From Geminocystis sp. NIES-3708 (lineage in GTDB: Bacteria; Cyanobacteriota; Cyanobacteriia; Cyanobacteriales; Cyanobacteriaceae), in NCBI RefSeq assembly GCF_001548095.1, contig NZ_AP014815.1, positions 835,656 through 867,655 of the forward strand: DNA of 32,000 bases, written 5' to 3'. Under the pieces are notes generated by a model. It did no database searches. It was not told where the DNA came from and saw only the letters and a list, made by a program, of their open reading frames with translations. A program made the translations under genes and the position numbers. Within the stretch, counting starts at the first letter, position 1, and each line of letters opens with the position of its first letter. Shown here one piece after another: positions 26,772 through 32,000 of the stretch.

Positions 26772-27002
26772 ATGTTAAATAATAATCAAAAAAAAATCGC
26801 AATTTGTATAAAAAATGATGATTATTTAGCTAGTTTGGAAATTAGAAAAATATATCAAGTTTTACCTGATGAAAAAGCACAACAATTAAATATGCTGAGA
26901 ATAATTGATGAATCGGAGGAAGATTATTTATATCCTGCTAGTTATTTTGTTGTACTAGAATTACCAGAAGTTGCTCAAAAATTATTTGCAGAAGTTAGTT
27001 AA
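26772..27002 (+). CDS. Small acidic hypothetical protein (76 aa), partner of the preceding interrupted ORF
   Basis: MLNNNQKKIAICIKNDDYLASLEIRKIYQVLPDEKAQQLNMLRIIDESEEDYLYPASYFVVLELPEVAQKLFAEVS. A GGAG lies 8 nt upstream (26761-26764). The track start at 26712 would overlap the previous ORF and adds an implausible lysine-rich leader. Confidence 0.6.
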   Translation: MLNNNQKKIAICIKNDDYLASLEIRKIYQVLPDEKAQQLNMLRIIDESEEDYLYPASYFVVLELPEVAQKLFAEVS

Positions 27003-27107
27003 TTATTTAATATAAAAATGCCTCTCCCAATTCTGTTATCTAAACTAAATAAAAAAATAATTGCTACAGATTTATTTCTTTGCGAGAATTAATTAATAGT
27101 TTGTAGT

Positions 27108-27126
27108 AAACCCTAAAGGGTTTTTT
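27108..27126 (+). terminator. Rho-independent-type terminator after the R-M-S island
   Basis: AAACCC-TAAA-GGGTTT is followed by three more T (T6 in total). It is embedded in a larger nested palindrome (outer arms GTAGTAA 27103-27109 / TTACTAC 27143-27149). Confidence 0.5.
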
Positions 27127-27241
27127 GTAAAGGCTAAAGCCATTACTACTCACCTCAGTTAAGTAATGTAACGATTGTTGCTAACTATCGCTATAGTAAA
27201 TAAAATAATAAAAAGGAATATAGCTATTAAGTGATAAAACA

Positions 27242-28300
27242 ATGACTGCTACAGCAATTAAACCCAGTATCAAAAAAACCTCTGTTAAAGAAACTCTCCT
27301 TACCCCTAGATTTTATACCACGGATTTTGATGCCATCGCCAAAATGGATTTATCCCTTCAAGAAGAAGAATTAAAAGCGATGATTGCGGAAATGAAAACT
27401 GATTATAATCGTAACCACTTTGTTAGAGATGAAGATTTTGAAAAAAACTGGGATGGTATTGATGGAAAAAATCGTGAGGCTTTTATAGATTTTCTTGAAC
27501 GCTCTTGTACTTCTGAATTTTCAGGATTTATCCTTTTTAAAGAATTATCTCGTCGTTTAAAAGAGAGTAACCCCATTTTGGCGGAGATTTTTCATTTAAT
27601 GGCAAGGGATGAAGCACGTCATGCAGGTTTTATTAATAAAGCGATGAGTGATTTTAATATTTCTTTGGATTTAGGTTATTTAACCAAACATCGGGTTTAT
27701 ACTTTTTTTAAGCCCGAATGGGTAATTTATGCGGTGTATTTATCAGAGAAAATAGGTTACTGGCGTTATATATTGATGTATCGTCATTTAGAGCGTAATC
27801 CTGAATATCAATTTTATCCTATTTTCAAAAAGTTTGAGCATTGGTGTCAAGATGAAAGTCGTCATGGGGATATTTTTAATGCTTTATTGCGATCGCAGAC
27901 TTCTATGTGGAAGGGATGGAAAGCTAAATTATGGTCAAGATTTTTCTTGCTATCAGTTTTTGCGACTCATACCTTAACAGTCCATGAAAGAGCCGATTTT
28001 TATACTTCCGTAGGATTAGATACTCAACAATATGATCGTGAAGTTACTATCAACACTAATAACACAGCCGCTAAAGCCTTTCCTGTCATTTTAGATACCA
28101 ATCACCCTAAATTTTTTCCTCGTTTAGAAAAATGTTCTGACTATAATTTACAAATGTCAAATATCGATCAAAATATTAATAATAAATTGGTTAAATTTTT
28201 CCGTAAATTACCTTTACAAATTGCGATTTTTTGGAATTTATTATGTCTATATTTGATTAAACCTATTGAAACAGAAGAATTAAGAGGAGTTGTACGTTAA
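27242..28300 (+). CDS. acsF: Mg-protoporphyrin IX monomethyl ester oxidative cyclase (aerobic cyclase catalytic subunit)
   Basis: 352 aa with the N-terminal ETLLTPRFYTTDFD and the di-iron ExxH motifs DEARHAGF and DESRHGDIF. Confidence 0.95.
   Translation: MTATAIKPSIKKTSVKETLLTPRFYTTDFDAIAKMDLSLQEEELKAMIAEMKTDYNRNHFVRDEDFEKNWDGIDGKNREAFIDFLERSCTSEFSGFILFKELSRRLKESNPILAEIFHLMARDEARHAGFINKAMSDFNISLDLGYLTKHRVYTFFKPEWVIYAVYLSEKIGYWRYILMYRHLERNPEYQFYPIFKKFEHWCQDESRHGDIFNALLRSQTSMWKGWKAKLWSRFFLLSVFATHTLTVHERADFYTSVGLDTQQYDREVTINTNNTAAKAFPVILDTNHPKFFPRLEKCSDYNLQMSNIDQNINNKLVKFFRKLPLQIAIFWNLLCLYLIKPIETEELRGVVR
27889..27896. repeat. HIP1 octamer GCGATCGC
   Basis: Exact match, inside acsF. Confidence 0.95.
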
Positions 28301-28421
28301 TAAATTAATAAGTAATAAGTAATGAGAGGAAAAATTTTTTTCAAAACTACAATAGAAGAACAAATTTTAACTTCATACTTAAAGAGATTGGGAAAAAGTA
28401 CAAGAACTAAGTAAAATATAG

Positions 28422-28805
28422 ATGTTAATTATCTCTAGTTCTATGACTGTAGTTCAATCTGTACCACCTGAAATTCTCGAACAAGTAGCGGAATATTTTA
28501 ATATATTAAGCAATCCCATGCGTTTGCAAATTTTAAATTTATTAGGAGATGGAGAAAAGTGTGTACAAGAATTAGTGGAAAATACCAAAACCAGTCAGGC
28601 AAATGTTTCTAAACATCTCAAAATAATGTTACAGGCAGGAATTATTAATCGTCGTGCCGAAGGCACCTCTGCTTATTATTATGTAGAAGACTCTCTTATT
28701 TTTGAGTTATCTCATCTTGTCTGTAATCGTTTAGCAGATAAGATTGAAAAACAAGCACTTCAATTTCGTAATTTTAGCCTCGCTAAAACCGTAAGTAATG
28801 ACTAA
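28422..28805 (+). CDS. ArsR/SmtB-family winged-helix transcriptional regulator
   Basis: 127 aa: NPMRLQILNLLGDGEKCVQELVENTKTSQANVSKHLKIMLQAGIINRRAEGTSAYYYV is a typical ArsR HTH. The start may instead be Met7 (28440). Confidence 0.85.
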   Translation: MLIISSSMTVVQSVPPEILEQVAEYFNILSNPMRLQILNLLGDGEKCVQELVENTKTSQANVSKHLKIMLQAGIINRRAEGTSAYYYVEDSLIFELSHLVCNRLADKIEKQALQFRNFSLAKTVSND

Positions 28806-28833
28806 CTAAAAATTAGATAATTTGTCTATAGTT

Positions 28834-28868
28834 GTTAATTGTTAATGATTAATTATTAATTAATAACT
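28834..28868. repeat. Heptamer tandem array (about 5 units) spanning the stop codon of the 28856-30058 gene
   Basis: The sequence reads gttaatt gttaatg attaatt attaatt aataact. GTTAATTGTTAAT recurs as its reverse complement at 17442-17454, and with one mismatch at 3586-3598. Confidence 0.65.
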
Positions 28869-30058
28869 AACATTATTAATTGTTTTTTGATAAGTAATCG
28901 AACTTGATCTAAAGTAAAATTAGTTTGAGAGAAAATATCTCCTACCGTTAAATTTTCTGAAGGATTTTTAGCACAATATTGCATAAAAGAAAATTCATCA
29001 TCATCGATAGTTATAGGTTGAAATTGATAGTTAAATAAACTTTTGCTCTCCCAACCTAGCATACAAGGATTTAATTCTGGTTTTGCTTTTTTTAATAAAT
29101 TATTATCTTCCCAATTTTGTCTTACTAAAGGCGGTTTTCCCAAGAAAAATTCATAATGAGTGGTATTATCAGGATCAAGTAATTCTATCAAACGGTAACG
29201 TTGTTGATCTGTTAAATTTTTTGCTCGATTAATTAAGTCTTGATTTTTGCCAATTAACCTCTCTAATTGCCATGACTCAGGGTTAGAAAAACCAATAAAT
29301 TCTAAACCAGAAACAGCGATGAATTTAAACAAAGTATTGATATTATAGTCAACCTCTTGAGGATGCACATACATATCTGCAAAACATTCGTCTCTTTGAT
29401 TTTCCCATTGCCAACGTTGTTTCTCTTTAGTAACTAGGCGGTTATTTTCAGGTAAGGTTGCAAAAATTTCCCTACCAACTTTCACCCCGTCAACATAATC
29501 ATCTCGCTTATCACCTTGTAATAAAGCAATGGCTTTTTGCATCAATTGAATTTCCCATCTACCTAACTCTCCATAGACAAAAATGTGCATAATGCCGCCT
29601 TCGGCTAACTTTTCCGCTATTGCTTTAATGCCGATTTCAGGCTCTGGTAAATGATGTAATACACCGACACAGTTAATTAAATCAAAACTTCCCTCTAAAG
29701 TATTAACAGATTCAAGAGGAAGTTGTTTAAAAGTAATTGTACCTTGAAAATTATTTAATACTCCCGATTTTTCCAGCCGTTTTTGTGCCGTAGCTAAGGC
29801 ATTTTCACTAATATCAATAGCAACAATATCCGCCGTAGGATTATGCAATAGTAAATATTCTGTACCAGAACCTGTACCACAACCAGCATCCAAAATACGA
29901 ATTTTTTCTTTTTGAGGCTTCATTCCCGTACAAAAATTATAAGCAGATTGGTAATGCCAACGCCAATTATAACCCGGAGGTGGTTCATCTAATAATGGAT
30001 CTGGAGGAAAAGGATACGTGTTATAAAGTTTTTGAACGGCTTTTCTAACTTCTGACAT
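28856..30058 (-). CDS. Class I SAM-dependent methyltransferase with a long C-terminal extension, substrate unknown
   Basis: 400 aa with motif I ILDAGCGTGSGTEYL and post-I VAIDIS, plus DLINCVGVLHHL. The ~200 C-terminal residues have no motif I can recognise. Confidence 0.8.
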   Translation of the reverse strand: MSEVRKAVQKLYNTYPFPPDPLLDEPPPGYNWRWHYQSAYNFCTGMKPQKEKIRILDAGCGTGSGTEYLLLHNPTADIVAIDISENALATAQKRLEKSGVLNNFQGTITFKQLPLESVNTLEGSFDLINCVGVLHHLPEPEIGIKAIAEKLAEGGIMHIFVYGELGRWEIQLMQKAIALLQGDKRDDYVDGVKVGREIFATLPENNRLVTKEKQRWQWENQRDECFADMYVHPQEVDYNINTLFKFIAVSGLEFIGFSNPESWQLERLIGKNQDLINRAKNLTDQQRYRLIELLDPDNTTHYEFFLGKPPLVRQNWEDNNLLKKAKPELNPCMLGWESKSLFNYQFQPITIDDDEFSFMQYCAKNPSENLTVGDIFSQTNFTLDQVRLLIKKQLIMLVIN

Positions 30059-30220
30059 TTTAATAGTTAATATAATGGTATTTTATCTCTTTGCTATTAT
30101 CTATTAAAAAGGCTGAAAAATCAAAAGTATTAATTTAAAAAACTCCTTATAATTTTTGAAACTAAATCACTAATTTAATTCACAATAATTGTTGATTGTC
30201 AAGGATCTATTTTAAATTAT

Positions 30221-30556
30221 TTACATATCCAATAAAGCATCTTCTTGATTAGTTAAAATAACACAATCCGAGGTAACAAAAGTTCGACAAGTTAATAAAA
30301 ATCCTGCTTCTTCTTCCTTCGGTTGTAAAAAAGTGTGATCATGAATGATCGAACCTTCTACCAATTTTCCAGTACAAGTTACACAAACTCCTGCATTACA
30401 TGATGAGGGTAATTTTATCCCTTGAGTTATTGCCACATCACTAATATATTCACCCTCTTTTACATTTAACACTTTTTTATTCCCATCAGGAAAAACTAAT
30501 GTTACGTTGTGAGTTTTCACGGCATTTTTAGGTGGAGTCATTGTCATAGTAGCCAT
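30221..30556 (-). CDS. Plant-type [2Fe-2S] ferredoxin (divergent paralogue)
   Basis: 111 aa with cluster ligands in SCNAGVCVTCTGK...LTCRTFVTSDCVI. It aligns along its length with PetF-type ferredoxins but has a ~15-aa N-terminal extension. AGGAG lies 7 nt upstream of the ATG. Confidence 0.88.
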   Translation of the reverse strand: MATMTMTPPKNAVKTHNVTLVFPDGNKKVLNVKEGEYISDVAITQGIKLPSSCNAGVCVTCTGKLVEGSIIHDHTFLQPKEEEAGFLLTCRTFVTSDCVILTNQEDALLDM

Positions 30557-31064
30557 AGTCTTTATCTCCTAATTAATAGATAGTAATGAATCAAGAATTA
30601 TGGAAAGATAATTTTAAATTGTTGACTATTTAAAACAATATATAGTAATCCTAAATTATAAGTCAAAAAAATCAATGATTAGAAAAAAACATCAAAAATA
30701 CTATTACCATTATGATAAAAGCCGATTTCTTAATTCTCTAAAATGAGAACGTTTTTTCTCAAGAATAATAATGGCTACCATATTTATTTAAAACATCATC
30801 AATAATTTATCATTCATGTTTGAGATATTAATTTTCGTAAAATTCTCTTTTTTTATAAGTATAAATACTTATTTTTATCTCAATTTGATTAAACTTGATT
30901 TAATGTTTTTTACTTATTATTGAATATAATTTTAACAAAAAAAAGTCCATTACTTAACAAAAAAAATTAACTGTAACAAATGTTAACCTTTTAGCTTTTT
31001 TAATGTTGAAGAAGCCCTACAGTTTGTTTTTCATAAATCCCACCTCATTTATCTACTTATCATT

Positions 31065-32000
31065 TCAGTTAATAGTCGAAATGGCACTCAACCTAACGGT
31101 TTGTCCATTTTCTAATTTACCACTACTTTTAACTATTAAACGATCATTAGAATTTAGTCCTGATAATATTTCTACTTTGCCATTTTTATTCTCTCCTATG
31201 GTAACTTGTCTAGTAATTACCTGTTCATTTCCATTGATATTATCTAAAATAAAAACAGTATTTGAAAGTTTATTACCCCTAGGATTATCTATTTTTAAGG
31301 CTGATTCAGGAATAAGAATAGGAGGATTTTCATTATTATTAAATGTTACTCTAGCTAATAAACCACTACTAATTTTTTGATCTTGATTACTTAACAAAAT
31401 TTCTAAAGGAATTTGCCTTGATTCTTGATTTGCTGCTGGTGATATTCTATTAATAATACCAGTAAATTTTTGTTGAGGAAAAGCATCTAAATTAACATTA
31501 ACTGTTTTTCCTAAAGTTAAGTTTTTTAATTCTAATTCTGATACTGCAACATTTACTTTTACTTGACTAAAATCTCCTATTCTAATAATTTCTCCTCCGG
31601 GTTGAATTAAATTTCCCTGTTCAGTCATTCTTTCTAAGACGTAACCACTACTAGGTGCTTTGATTTTCGTAAAAATTAATCTCTTTTTCTCTTCTTGAAT
31701 AACAGCTTTTTGACTTATAATTCTTCCTTTAGCTGTTTCTACAGTAGCTTTTTTGACCTTTACTTGAGATTCCGATGCTTTTACCGACTGTTTAGCAGTT
31801 TTTGCTTCTGTCATAGCTAATTCTACATCTCTTTTTGCGATTGCTCCATCATCATATAATTCTTTTAACCTATTCGCATCAACCTCTGTTTGTGCAAAAC
31901 GTATTTGATCAGATTTCACCTGTGCTTGTGCAGAAATTACATCTGCTTCAGCTTCGATAACTGCGGATTGAAGAGAAGCCAATTCTGCTTCTGCTTTATA
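31065..32000 (-). CDS. Efflux transporter periplasmic adaptor (HlyD/MFP/RND adaptor family), C-terminal part; gene continues past the right edge
   Basis: An alanine/glutamine-rich coiled-coil hairpin (AEAELASLQSAVIEAEADVISAQAQV...) is followed by beta-barrel segments (VKVNVAVSE, GKTVNVNLDAFP). The reading frame stays open to position 32000, and the M in the track is a TTG. Confidence 0.85.
   Translation of the reverse strand, partial: YKAEAELASLQSAVIEAEADVISAQAQVKSDQIRFAQTEVDANRLKELYDDGAIAKRDVELAMTEAKTAKQSVKASESQVKVKKATVETAKGRIISQKAVIQEEKKRLIFTKIKAPSSGYVLERMTEQGNLIQPGGEIIRIGDFSQVKVNVAVSELELKNLTLGKTVNVNLDAFPQQKFTGIINRISPAANQESRQIPLEILLSNQDQKISSGLLARVTFNNNENPPILIPESALKIDNPRGNKLSNTVFILDNINGNEQVITRQVTIGENKNGKVEILSGLNSNDRLIVKSSGKLENGQTVRLSAISTIN

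Noticed and set aside
13761-27002. Absence of perfect HIP1 sites from both R-M loci, considered as evidence of foreign origin.
   Set aside because: With 7 sites in 32 kb, only about one site is expected in the 5.7 kb concerned, so zero is not statistically meaningful. The GC difference is the better, though still approximate, indicator.
28856-30058. Arsenite methyltransferase (ArsM) assignment for the 400-aa SAM methyltransferase, prompted by the neighbouring ArsR-family gene.
   Set aside because: The conserved N-terminal cysteine pairs that I associate with ArsM are not evident. The genes are convergent rather than co-transcribed. ArsR-family regulators control many non-arsenic regulons.
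1427-31380. Twelve short track ORFs lying antisense to, overlapping, or in the gaps beside long well-supported genes: 1427-1612, 2457-2639, 3857-4066, 4572-4832, 9461-9730, 10644-10880, 11015-11257, 11320-11526, 16674-16916, 23919-24116, 24740-24934 and 31003-31380.
   Set aside because: Almost all lie inside, opposite or partly overlapping a gene with strong motif support (10644-10880 is mostly intergenic). They have low-complexity or implausible composition, no recognisable motifs and no start-site context. Open frames of this kind are expected by chance.
1-32000. Scan for CRISPR arrays, rRNA/tRNA genes, transposases, integrases and long (over 100 nt) dispersed repeats.
   Set aside because: None was seen on reading both strands. 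The only repeats found are the short ones listed as features. A computational repeat or tRNA scan could still find things I missed by eye.

Overview
This is a low-GC cyanobacterial chromosomal segment. Spot counts on single 60-nt lines give about 40-47% GC in core genes and 20-25% in the accessory parts. The cyanobacterial call rests on seven perfect HIP1 octamers (GCGATCGC) plus petC-petA, nrtABCD, acsF and hemF. A Cyanobacterium/Geminocystis-like unicellular lineage is only a guess.

The window is mostly housekeeping:
- Nitrate transporter nrtA-B-C-D (minus strand; nrtD is cut by the left edge).
- Cytochrome b6f petC-petA.
- A GAF-GAF-PP2C phosphatase.
- A remA-like gene followed by gmk.
- A half-size ABC exporter.
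- guaA.
- Three methionine sulfoxide reductase genes.
- An orphan pstS.
- A pirin gene.
- hemF and acsF.
- An ArsR-family regulator.
- A SAM methyltransferase.
- A plant-type ferredoxin.
- A partial RND/MFP adaptor at the right edge.

There are two clearly accessory, lower-GC insertions:
1. A compact Type II restriction-modification cassette at 13761-15537: an m5C methyltransferase plus a PD-(D/E)xK-like nuclease, 4 nt apart.
2. A 3.9-kb island between the divergent hemF and acsF genes. It carries a 1158-aa single-chain nuclease-methylase-specificity (R-M-S) enzyme, with AloI/CjeI-like Type IIB/IIG architecture. This is followed by a small uncharacterised two-gene module whose first gene has an in-frame TGA.

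Other points worth a second look:
- A prokaryotic pentameric ligand-gated ion channel homologue between nrtA and petA.
- An exported MsrB (Tat-type signal) and MsrA pair with no reductant partner nearby.
- Heptamer tandem arrays abutting stop codons.
- A structured convergent intergenic region with 26-nt direct repeats.

I saw no rRNA, tRNA, CRISPR array, transposase or integrase. Nothing here is demonstrably a new system from sequence alone. The best candidates for novelty are the R-M-S fusion with its trailing small-gene pair, and the Type II cassette nuclease of unknown specificity.
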